64,000 nucleotides of DNA from Octopus sinensis (Eukaryota). The stretch lies in NCBI RefSeq assembly GCF_006345805.1, contig NC_043005.1, forward strand, positions 11,408,001 through 11,472,000, in the 5' to 3' direction. Of the stretch, positions 52,877 through 64,000 are shown in pieces. The notes beneath the pieces are model-generated. The model was given only the letters and a program-made list of their open reading frames with translations, had not been told where the DNA came from and ran no database searches. The translations under genes were made by a program, and so were the position numbers. Each line of letters opens with the position of its first letter. The stretch's first letter is position 1.

Positions 52877-53188
52877 CAGCGTGGAAGGTGTTGTAAGTCA
52901 TTTAAGAAACACACAAAGACCGTTACATTCACTTCAACATTTAAATTTAATTTGCCAAAATATTTTCGTCGCTTTCAGACCGCGACCTGTTCACTGACAA
53001 AAATATCGTGCTAACAGGTCGCGGTCTCAAAGCGACGAAAATATTTTGACAAATTAAATTAAAGTTGAAGTGAATCTAACGGTTTTTGTGTGTTCTTAAA
53101 TGGCTTATAAACACCTTCAACGCTGCAACTGTTTTCGTTCCAGCACACGATCTCAGATCAAGTCACTTGCTATGCAAGTACATCTCTG

Positions 53189-53191
<3 letters not shown>
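52877..53191. mobile_element. Penelope-like fragment: inverted copy + 5'-truncated sense copy, hammerhead-bearing
   Basis: 52877-52990 is the reverse complement of 53013-~53130, and the right arm extends to 53191. Same family as 7336-7540. Contains a hammerhead fold. Confidence 0.65.
52951..53001 (-). ncRNA. Minimal type-I hammerhead ribozyme-like motif with G3/C8 core
   Basis: Minus strand reads UUUGUCA-GUGAACA-G-GUCGC(ggucugaaa)GCGAC-GAAA-AUAUUU-UGGCAAA. Stem I has 7 bp, stem II has 5 bp, stem III is the palindrome AAUAUU (from A15.1), and the triplet is UUU. Confidence 0.6.
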
Positions 53192-53237
<46 letters not shown>

Positions 53238-53300
53238 TGGTAAAAACAGTAAGATAACAAAAGAAAGAAAGAGACCTCAATATTATGTAAATAGAGGAAA

Positions 53301-53690
53301 TCTTTATATATAAAAGTAAGGTTGTGTGTCTGTCTCCTACGATTTAGATTCCTAACTACTCCCACATTTTGCGGTGCAGTTTAACCAAAACCGGGTATCT
53401 TATAGTCGTGATTCATATCGAGACCGTCTGGGTATTAGCGCGCGTCTACGATGAGTCTACGATTTAAAAAAAAATTTACCATCAATTTTTCCCATTTTTA
53501 ATCATTTTTGACATATATAAGGGAAGTAACTCTCTAAAATTATTAAATCTCAGAACGTAAAAAGCTACAGTAACACCCCTCCCCCTTTGTGGTTAGCCAT
53601 ATTGAGATGGCTATTATACTTTACATCTCTAAAAATGCTTATATAATTATTTCCCTTACAAACCCGAGCAACGCCGGGCGATACTGCTAG
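53301..53690 (+). mobile_element. Non-autonomous Helitron (family H1)
   Basis: Begins a|TC, ends CTAG|t, with GC hairpin cccgagcaacgccggg (53663-53678) just before CTAG. No TSD. Confidence 0.88.
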
Positions 53691-53796
53691 TATATATATA
53701 TATATGTATGTATGTATAATATGTATATATATATATTATATGTATATGTGTATATAATGTATGTATATGTATGTAATATATATATGTATGTATATG

Positions 53797-53861
<65 letters not shown>

Positions 53862-54540
53862 ACATATTAACACACATATACAAACACACATATATATATG
53901 TGTGTGTATATATATAAGTATAAATGCATGTATATATATGTTTGTATACACACATACAGAAACACACACACACACGCAAATATAATATACGGCAGGTGTA
54001 TCCGATGTGCCCCGAGTGCCGAACATATTGAAGTAGCATTTTGCATTAAAATTAAACGAATTAATTTTTAACAATTTATGAATTGTTTTCTAATGTTATG
54101 ATATTTACATACAACGCTTTATTCTAATAAAGCAATATATATACAAATATGCAAATATGCGGTATGTACAGTTTCATAGAATAAAGTTGAATGTTTGTCG
54201 GTTTCTATAAGTTCTTGAGACTGAGTTTATAAATAATGTAAATTTGCAGCTAAATAAATTATTTTAACGATATTCTGTATATTCTTTTACTTGTTCTTCT
54301 GTTCTTTTTCTTACTTCTTTCAGTCATTTGACTGCGGCCATGCTGGAGCACCCCCTTCAGTGGTCTTAGTCGAACAAATAGACCCCAGGATTTATTCTAT
54401 GTAAGCCTAGTACTTATTCTATCGGTGTCTTTTGCCGAACCGCTACGTTACGGGCGCGTAAACATACCAACATCGGCTATAACGCGCTGATGGTGTGCGA
54501 GGACAAATATAGACACAAACACACACACACACATATATAT

Positions 54541-54886
54541 ACTGAGGCCCCCTTCGGTCATGACTGACCATAGGATTGCACCTAGAAAGTTACCCTCCCA
54601 AGCACAAGTCCGGGCAAGGTTGTTTATGGAAGAGCAGCAGTTGCCCATGCATGCCGGCCTCCCCTCTCCACGCCACCAGTGTTTACCAAGGGAAAGGCGA
54701 AGGCCAATACAGCTTGGCACCCGTGATGTCGCAACTCATTTCTATAGTTGAGTGAACTGGAGCAACGTAAAATAAAGTGTCTTGCTCAAGAAAACAACAA
54801 GCAGGTTCCGGTCCGGTCCGTGATTCGAACTCACAACCTCACGATCGTAAGCTCGACGCTCTAACCACTGAGCCATGCACCTTCAC
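54541..54886 (-). mobile_element. SINE family D nested in a family-A SINE
   Basis: Complete D copy between the tail (54296-54530) and head (54981-55140) of a minus-strand A element. Confidence 0.85.
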
Positions 54887-54934
54887 TATACACACACACA
54901 CACCCACACACACACACAGATTATATATATTATA

Positions 54935-54980
<46 letters not shown>

Positions 54981-55139
54981 CATATATATACGACGGGCTT
55001 CTTACAGTTTCCCTCTACATGGCTTTGGTCGGCTTGACGGTATGGTAGAAGACACTTGCTCAAAGTGCCACGTAATGGGACTGAAGCTGGAACCATGTGG
55101 TTGGGAAGCAAGCTTTTTATCACGCAGCCACGCTTGCGC

Positions 55140-55204
<65 letters not shown>

Positions 55205-55276
55205 TATGTATGTATATGTATATATATATATTATATATATATATTATATAATATATATATATATATATATGTTATG

Positions 55277-55319
<43 letters not shown>

Positions 55320-56047
55320 GTATATATACCATTTTTTGTTTCTTGTAATTCCATACATAAATTGAAGCAATTCTAACGCAAATGTTTTATTTAGCAAGAA
55401 CTCTAGCAAGACAACAATCCTTATTGGTTCGGTTTGAACTCTGCTGCAGAGACGACTGTTTGGCCCTACATACAAGTATACAATATAAAACTAACCATGA
55501 GATAAACAAGGAGCTTCATATTTGCACTCCAGCATCCACAGCATCACTGTAGTAAGACTTGTTGATGGCCACGGGGACAAAACAGTGTCACTAAAAATTG
55601 AAATCGTTTGAAATGAGAAAAGCTATAACTGATACGATAAAGGAAATGCGTGGAATAAAAATATTTTCTCCCTTGACACAACTGCTCATAATTGGTGTCA
55701 TCAATCACGTGAGTGATAAAATTCTTGACAGTCAGTCCAATACTGTGAAAGAGATAGGGTATCTAAATTTCATAAAAGAGTAATAGCTGTTTATACATAC
55801 ACATATAGATTTTTATTCTTATGAATATAGATATATAGTTTTATTGTTATACATATTAATATATAATTTTGTTCTTATACATGTTGTTCCAAGTAATGGT
55901 ACAAAAGAAATTAAAATAAAAGTGTTCGATCGAACTTTAGCTGGGAAACTTTACACGTGTCAAATTTATTGCTAAAAACACCGGTTACCTACTTTGTACC
56001 CGTTACTGGGCTTTACACTTATACATGCATACGTACAGATATATGTA

Positions 56048-56264
56048 CACGATGGGGTGCTGAAAAGTCCCCGGCTTGAAAGGTATCACGAAAGCCTTGT
56101 TGAAGATCCAGCATTCCGAGTTCTTTTACAAGCCTAGAAAAACTGAATGACCGGGGCAATACGTGTCTGAATCTGAAAGGGGAATAGGTTACATAAAATC
56201 GTAATTAACTGAGCTTCCTGTACCTTCTTTTTCCCATAGCCAGAACTTTTCAGCATGCCTTGCG
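56048..56264 (+). mobile_element. Mariner-derived MITE / internal deletion derivative
   Basis: Imperfect TIRs cacgatggggtgctgaaaagtccccggct and agccagaacttttcagcatgccttgcg with TA on both sides. The interior resembles the last codons of a mariner transposase. Confidence 0.7.
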
Positions 56265-56265
56265 T

Positions 56266-56336
<71 letters not shown>

Positions 56337-56337
56337 T

Positions 56338-56530
56338 AATCTTTCATCCATAATCTCTCTATATATATATATAATCTTTCATCCATAATCTCTCTATATA
56401 TATAATCTTTCATCCATAATCTCTCTCTATATATATATATAATCTTTCATCCATAATCTCTCTCTATATATATAATCTTTCATCCATAATCTCTCTCTAT
56501 ATATATAATCTTTCATCCATAATCTTTCTA
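56338..56530. repeat. Tandem repeat, 6 x aatctttcatccataatctctct(AT)n
   Basis: Fixed ~22-bp core with a variable dinucleotide linker. Confidence 0.9.
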
Positions 56531-56552
56531 TCTATCAATCCATCTGTGTGTT

Positions 56553-56600
<48 letters not shown>

Positions 56601-56604
<4 letters not shown>

Positions 56605-56884
56605 TGTTATATTTCGGAATGGTCTTTTGCCAGTTTAGCCAATAAAACACACGCACTATATATTTGGTGTTACTTTTATTTTTTACATTAATCTTAATCT
56701 TATTTCGCCCGAAATAAGATTAAGATTAATGTAAAAAATAAATAACACTGAAGCAAAGTAACACCAAATATATAGTGCGTGTGTTTTATTGGCTAAACTG
56801 GCAAAATGACCATTCCGAAATATAACAATATCTGTTTCAACACACGACTTCACATAAAAAATCTTGCACAACAAATATTTAAAC

Positions 56885-56885
<1 letters not shown>
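56601..56885. repeat. Near-perfect palindrome (~110-bp arms, 2-nt loop) plus unique extension
   Basis: ...aatcttatttcg|cc|cgaaataagatt... centred at 56708-56709. The left arm has a small deletion and the right arm continues to 56885. Confidence 0.9.
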
Positions 56886-56923
<38 letters not shown>

Positions 56924-56926
56924 GAT

Positions 56927-56975
<49 letters not shown>

Positions 56976-57534
56976 AATGGGGAATGAGATGGGGAAAGGT
57001 GTACAATCATGTTTTATACATTCTTGTACACACGAGCTAGGAAAACCATACGTTTCAGAAATTGTCTCGTCAGAAAAAAAATGTCGTTATTGACAATATG
57101 TATGTAAAACACCTCATTAAGCTATGGATGCCATCATTGGTCTGTAGAATGATTAATATCTGCGTTGTTGAGCTTCGTCAGCTACAGGTCCCGATTCGTC
57201 GCTCATAACCACAGTGCATTTGTCCTTATTTTGGATTGGAAAATGGCGTCAGAAAGCAGTGTTAAATGAAATATTATTATGCACATGGAAAGACATATGC
57301 TGCAGAAATTGCTCGAGAGAAAAACATTCTCCTAGTAAGCAATATGTGTGAACACATACTATTGGGATAATTACTCATCAAAGTAGAGATCGCTGATAAT
57401 TTAGATGGAGACATTTACGAAGGTTGCCATATTTCTTTCCAGTTTTGAAATCTTCAGATAGCCTGGAATATCTTTGGTCAATCATGGTCGAAGTGGATAT
57501 AATCAATAACAACAGCAACAAAGACATCTGTTAC

Positions 57535-57773
57535 TACTACTACTACTACTACCACCACCACCACCACCACTACTACTACCACCACTACCACTACCACTAC
57601 TACTACTACTACTGCCACTACTATCACTACAACAACTACTACTACTACTACTACTACTATAGCTACTACTATCACTACAACTACTACTACTACTACTACT
57701 ACTACTATTGCTGCTATTACTACTACTACTACTACTACTACTACTGCTGCTACTGCTATTACTACTACTGCTG

Positions 57774-57819
<46 letters not shown>

Positions 57820-57825
57820 TACTAA
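57535..57825. repeat. (CTA/CCA/CTG)n compound trinucleotide tract
   Basis: Direct reading. Confidence 0.95.
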
Positions 57826-57843
57826 GGATGATAATAATTATAA

Positions 57844-58355
57844 ATGTCCTGATGCAGTACCAGGCAGTGTCTGTCATGTCTTCTCATCTTAACTGATTGG
57901 AAGTGTTATCATGTACATTGTCTTGTCTTGGTATAAAAGATGGGCTACAGCAAATATTCTACTCAATACCACAGATCTGCTTGTCAGTTGTTTGACCGTA
58001 ACCAGTTGAGCATGTCCCTTAGTGGCTGACGATATGAGCATCTCTGACCACGAGCGTTGAGAGGAATTCTTAAAGATTTCGATAATTCACCCTTGGAAAC
58101 ATGGGTGTTTCGTTCAACATCTTTAAGCAACCCTTATTCAGGGACCTTTTGAGCAGGATGGGCTACTCGACCAGAAGAAAATTCTAATGGGTCTCACTTG
58201 CAAAGTCATGCGCTGTTTATCTTGATATGAGATCACCATGTCACGCACATATAGTTGTGATGCATGTGTCTGTTGTACCCTTATCAGATGGGTATACTGG
58301 ACTTCGTATATTTTACCCCAGTGTCATTTTGATGGCTTGCACTGCTCTCTCACTC
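57844..58355 (+). mobile_element. Family F copy 4
   Basis: Reverse orientation relative to copies 1-3, with internal deletions, followed by (AAT)n/(GAT)n. A 3' fragment also occurs at 42469-42525. Confidence 0.82.
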
Positions 58356-58380
58356 ATTCAATAATAATGATAATAATAAC

Positions 58381-58450
<70 letters not shown>

Positions 58451-59476
58451 ATGATGATGATGATGATGCTGATGATGATGATACAGCACTTACGGAAAAA
58501 TACTAGCTTTATCGCTAGCTAAAGTACTCATTACACAGACCCAAACGTATATTCCTTAATTCTTTGAATTCCACAAGGGCTGCACAACAAATAGAATCAA
58601 TATTCCATTAAGAGAAGTACTTGAAAAGAAAATATAACAACACAGAAATGGGTTGCTTTGAAAACAGATCTCTTCGCACCAAAGGAAATAATTCGGTCAA
58701 AACACATTGAATTCGTTGCTCCCCAATAGGCTTATCCCCGATATATATATATATATATATATATAGTATTCAATTATCCAATAGGTTGTTAACAATTAGT
58801 TAAAACCATCCCAAAGAACAAAGAACAATATACGTATACTGTATCGATTTACATATACCAATTAAACTGCAATTTAAACGAAGCCATCAGCTACATAGTA
58901 ACTCACCTACTATGAAAGATTACTCTATGTCGAAGCAATAAAATTGGTGTGATGGAGCCAATAAATAGATCGACTGTGAGGAAATTAAGATTCTATGGCT
59001 TAAAAAAAATGAAAATTTTCTTATTTAATTTTCTCCTTCTTCTTCTTGTGTTTGACATTTGACGAATAATTTGGTCTGAAAGCCTTTGGGGAGGAAAATC
59101 GTTTAAAATTAGATTGTGAAACAGATTATCGATTTCTATCAGTCAACTGAAAATAATTTAACAATAAAAAAAATGCTAAAATAAATGGGGCGGAGGGGGG
59201 AGGGGGCAAGAAAAAAAAAAAAAATAGAATAAGAATAGAACAAATCAAATATTGAAATAAATTAAAATATAAATAAATGGCAAAAATATCAGTTTTAGTC
59301 GACAGTATAATTATTAATGCTAAAATATATAACTGTGTGCCAGGAGTAACTTGCAGCTGTAAGGAACGGAAGTAGTTAAGAATTCACAAGTGGTGTTTCA
59401 GATTACTGTATTGAATTTTAACACTTGTTCCTGTGGATATAACATGGAAATAGAAAGATAGATAGATAGAAAGATG

Positions 59477-59513
<37 letters not shown>

Positions 59514-59713
59514 GTAGATAGATAGATAGGTAGATACATACATACATACATACATACATACATACATACATACATACATAGATTGATTGATAAATAGATA
59601 GATAGATAGATAGATTGATAAATAGATAGATAGATAGATAGATAGGTAGATACATACATACATACATACATACATACATACATACATACATACATAGATT
59701 GATTGATAAATAA

Positions 59714-59744
<31 letters not shown>

Positions 59745-59763
59745 TAGATATATATATATATAT

Positions 59764-59831
<68 letters not shown>

Positions 59832-59837
59832 GGAGAG

Positions 59838-59895
<58 letters not shown>

Positions 59896-59962
59896 GGAGA
59901 GAGATAGATGGTGAAAGAGGAAGGAAGAAAGAAATGGAAAGAAAAGGAGAGGGAAACTGTAC

Positions 59963-60142
59963 CTGACCTCCCATGCTGTACTCGTATTGCAGCTGACCAG
60001 CAATCATTCGTCATTGATTTCATTGTTGCTCCAACATCACGAGTGCTGACGAAGTTCTTCTGCCCTTCGGCTCTCGTATCTTGAGAATTCCACTTGGTCA
60101 GTGGGTAAGAGGCTGTACACCTCTGCCCAGACGATGTAAGCA
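59963..60142 (-). other. Candidate 180-nt internal exon of an unidentified minus-strand transcript
   Basis: Acceptor ctaattgtttttaag|, donor CAG|gtacag. One frame is open throughout with phase 1-1 (LTSSGQRCTASYPLTKWNSQDTRAEGQKNFVSTRDVG...). GC content is above background. No recognisable homology. Confidence 0.3.
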
Positions 60143-62060
60143 CTTAAAAACAATTAGCGACAGTATGGAACATGCTGCCAAAGTTAGCGTCAATTGCGAA
60201 TGATAACTGCAATGTTAAATTATCCATCCATCTGTTCATACATCCATCAAACCATTGATCCATCCATACACATATACATACATACAGACGCATGCATATA
60301 CATACATGTGAATGCATATATGAATATACAAAGGACCGACTTAGCAGCATTAAAGGCCCCTGGGAAAATCAATGCACAGGGCCCTATAGTATTTCTTTAT
60401 TGACACTAAACCAGTGTCCCACAACCATTTTTCACTTGCGGTACACTTATATTCTTTTCAAAATTCGGCGGCACATCTGAATTTAAAATATAACTCACAC
60501 CTGGCATCGTCCCGTAGTTCAACTGTGTGTCACAGTATACCGGTTGCGGAGCACTGCACTCAGCCACGGAATACAAAGATCAGATTTGGGAATCTGTACC
60601 CTTGAGACATCCGAGTAACTACTACCCAATGTAACTATGTCTTAAGCCGGAACTGGACGTGCATACGCATACATATATACCCATGTATACCTTTATATGT
60701 ATGTATACATACATATATACATACAATAGATAGGTAGATTGCTAAAGAGATACCTTAATAGACAGATAAGTAGGTATATAGATAAATGGAAAGTGAGATA
60801 GATTATTAGACAAATAGACAGATTACTGTAGCTGCGGTCAGGCTTTTCGTGTTTCCAAGAATCTCACTATGTTTTTGATTGAAACGTTCCTCAATGCTGA
60901 TGGCGTTGATGAGTGAGAATAAACCACGCATGAAATGGGTGGGAACAAAGATAGCAAGTGAGATTTAGCAGGGGATGGTCGTTGTCGTTGTTGTTGCATC
61001 TTGTATTCTTTGCCATTTTCTTCAAATTTTTGTTGTCCTCTAGACTTCAGAAAAGTCAATTCCGATGGCGAGAAACTGAAAACATTTGGAGCGATACTAG
61101 ATTTCAGTTTCCCCACCTGCTTCTCTCAATTTCAGCCAGTTCCAGAGTTGACATTAGTTGGCTTTTGTAACGGCGGAAAGAACATTGCCGTGATATTTTC
61201 CGTTATTAATTTACTCAAGAAGATTTCACGAGGGTATCTCTCTCTTATCATCTTTGATTCTGTACCCATCTTTTTTTATGTTTAAGTAGCTTCGGAGCTT
61301 TTGCTCATGAAAGTGCCTCAGCTATTTTGATGTCTCGACATTCCAACTATAGAGTGTGTGTTTCATAAATGTATGATAGTATTGAGATAATGACAGCTTG
61401 ATAACCAATTACATTCGGTTTTTTTTTTTGCTTTCATTTCTATAGTGAACTCTTCATTCTTGACACATTTTACCATTTTTTCCAAATGCTGATTGAACAA
61501 ATCCAATTCTGTGTTCCACATTCTTTTCATGAAATTAATTTACTAGAAAGAACTTATTCAAGATAGAAAAAGTAATCAACTTGGTCGAGTTACGCATCAA
61601 ACACAACAATGCTGTCTTCGGAGCTGGTTGGACGAGCATATCTTGATATTTATTGTGAGACCGAAGCAAACCTGTACATCGATGCATGTTGTTGGATGAT
61701 TTCTGGAGTTTCCAATGTGATACAGATTAGCATTGCTATATGTGCACTGAAGCTTTGGGATACATACATTGGATGTTGGCTAGTCAATGAGATCGAAATC
61801 ATATCTCATTAAATACTTCACCATCAAAAGCATTAAATGGATATCTAATTTTCATGTCTGGATTCTCTAGAGGAAATTTATACATACATACATATATACA
61901 TACATACATACATACATACAACACACACATACATGCATAAATACATACACACATACATACATACATACATACATACATACTTACATACATATATACTTAC
62001 ATACATAAATACATACACACATACATACATACATACATACATACATACATACATACATAC

Positions 62061-62091
<31 letters not shown>

Positions 62092-62175
62092 CATACATAC
62101 ATACATACATACATACTTACATACATACATTTCTATCTACCTATCTACTTACCAAGGTTTCTGTCTCGCTATATA

Positions 62176-63424
62176 TTAGGTTGTTTCACTTGAAATGTCG
62201 CATTTTTAATTGATATTTCAGTCATTTAAAAACTAAATTATGTACACCTTGCATTTAATCTTGACTCTTTTGCTTTCCCAACAATATTGGTATACAAAAT
62301 TCGTTCCTACAGACCTCATGAAAATGATAACAACCAAACTATGTTGAGTCATTTTTTCGTATGAGTAAAAACTGGGTTACTCTACCGCAGATGCTCAACG
62401 GAATATCAAGCGGGCCTTTGGTAATGGTTTTGTTGACATCAGAACTGTCTAGAGGTGGTTCCAAAGCTCTCGTTCAGGAGACGATAGCCTTGAAAATAAA
62501 CCAAGGGGTAGGCCAAAATAAGTTATTCGGCACGATGGATTAAATGCTTTGTTTGAACAAGATCCGAGAATAAAGGTTAGAAAACTTTCATCAGAACTCC
62601 AAACATCTCGCACAACTGTTTTTGGACACCTGTAAAAACTGGAAAAGTCAAGAAAACAGATTAGGTTTGTTCCACATCAACTGAACGATATAAAATAATA
62701 ATAAAAAAGGGATGCCTTGAAGTGTGCTCCTTATTGCTTTCTCGACTGGAAAAAGACCATTTTTGCATCAAATAATTACTTGTGGTAAGAAATGGATACT
62801 CGTTGACAACAGCAGAACAGGACAGTGATTAGATGCAGGAGAATCACCTATACCCTACCCAATCCCACCATTGCACCCTAAAATGTTAGTGATCACTGTA
62901 TGGTGATCTGCGAAGGGAGTTATTCATTATTTAGTTTTACAACATGGAAAACGGTAACAGCAACATCGTACCGCCAGGAAATTGATTGTATGCATGAGGA
63001 GTTGTAAAAGAAGCAACCCAGACAAGTGAATAGAGATGGCCCAGTTTTGCTCCACGACAATGCACGTCCTCACACTCATCAAGCTACGGTCCAAGGTTGC
63101 ACAGCCTGAATTATGAGATTTTGCAACATCCTCCCTGTTCCCTTGATGTCTCTCCTACTGATCATCACTTATTTAAGCATTTTTAGCTTTTCATAAGCAA
63201 TAAAACATTCTTAAATAGAGAAGGCGTAATTGAAACATTCGGACAGCTTACCACAGCAAAAGATGAATTTTTTAAAAAGAAGATGGAATAGATGGCATAG
63301 AGAAACGTTGGGTAAACGTCATAAATGAACATGGATTATATTTTGATTAAATAAAAGAGTTCTCTAACACTTCTGAAACATTTTATTGTTACCTTTCAAA
63401 TGCATTTCATGAGAAACAAACTAA
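62176..63424 (+). mobile_element. Full-length decayed mariner (Tc1/mariner) DNA transposon
   Basis: TA-flanked TIRs: TTAGGTTGTTTCACTTGAAATG (62176) and CATTTCATGAGAAACAAACTAA (ends 63424). Frame-broken transposase motifs RWFQ..RSGD.SLENKPRGRP, FVPHQLN (WVPHEL), ITCGKKW (TGDEKW), LLHDNARPH and HPPCSLDVSPTDHHLF (YSPDLAPSDYHLF). Length ~1.25 kb. Confidence 0.93.
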
Positions 63425-63461
63425 TATATATATATATTTGAGTGTATGTGTGTGTGTGTGT

Positions 63462-63760
63462 AAAGGCGCATGTCTTAGTGGTTAGGGTATTGCACTCTCG
63501 ATTGCGAGATCACGTGTTCGATCACGTGTTCGTTGCGTTGTGTTCTTGAGTAAAGCACTGCACTTCGCATTGCTCTGCAATCATTTCGTCATCTGACATG
63601 TGACATCCGTTGCACCTGTACAGGGAATGTCGATTTGATGGAAGGATGAAGCTTATGTGTACACAAACATTTGATCAATGTAAACAAATCCTCCGTGTGT
63701 TTGTCCGACAAGAAACTGCCGAACCCTCATACGTCGTCTAACGACGGGAGAGTCCATGAC
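63462..63760 (+). mobile_element. Divergent tRNA-derived SINE with B-like tail
   Basis: tagtggttaggg...gttcgatc head; tail gaaccctc..cgtcgtctaacgacgg is like family B. Confidence 0.65.
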
Positions 63761-64000
63761 GTATGTATGTATGTATGTATGTATGTATGTATGTATGTAT
63801 GTATGTATGTATGTATGTATGTATGTGTGTGTGTGTGTATGTATGTATGATTGTATGCATGTATGTATGTGTGTGTATGTATGTATGTATGTATGTATGT
63901 ATGTATGTGTATGTATGTATGTATGTGTGTATGTGTGTATGTATGTATGTATGTATGTATGTATGTGTGTATGTATGTATGTATGTATGCATGCATGTAG

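Noticed and set aside
56740-56785. Degenerate hammerhead in the palindromic family (cactgaagc...caaatatatagtg)
   Set aside because: Too many core mismatches and no credible stem II.
57425-57465. Minus-strand CUGAAGA-UUUC/GAAA-GAAA possible hammerhead
   Set aside because: No stem I and the triplet ends in G; likely chance.
60838-61116. 92-aa minus-strand ORF
   Set aside because: Non-ATG start, no motif, and no convincing splice pair.

Overview
This is an AT-rich, microsatellite-dense eukaryotic window. The SINE families and repeat landscape point to an octopus or other coleoid cephalopod genome, which is an inference from pattern recall. One coding feature is well supported: a + strand terminal exon (41286-42433) of an ankyrin-repeat protein, tentatively ANKRD63-like, whose upstream exons I could not place. 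The rest is mostly mobile DNA: several tRNA-derived SINE families (some young, with target-site duplications, TSDs), non-autonomous Helitrons, a full-length decayed mariner, a mariner MITE, a Tigger/pogo relic, an L1/Tx1-type LINE relic, an R4/Dong-like 3' fragment, an (AAT)n-embedded ~550-bp repeat, and several fold-back elements. The most notable signal is three unrelated repeat families carrying minimal hammerhead-ribozyme-like folds of the Penelope-like type. One family (copies at ~7.5 kb and ~53 kb) has G3/C8 in place of the canonical C3/G8 core pair. Most ORFs in the supplied track are microsatellite or SINE artefacts. All alignments and translations were done by eye.
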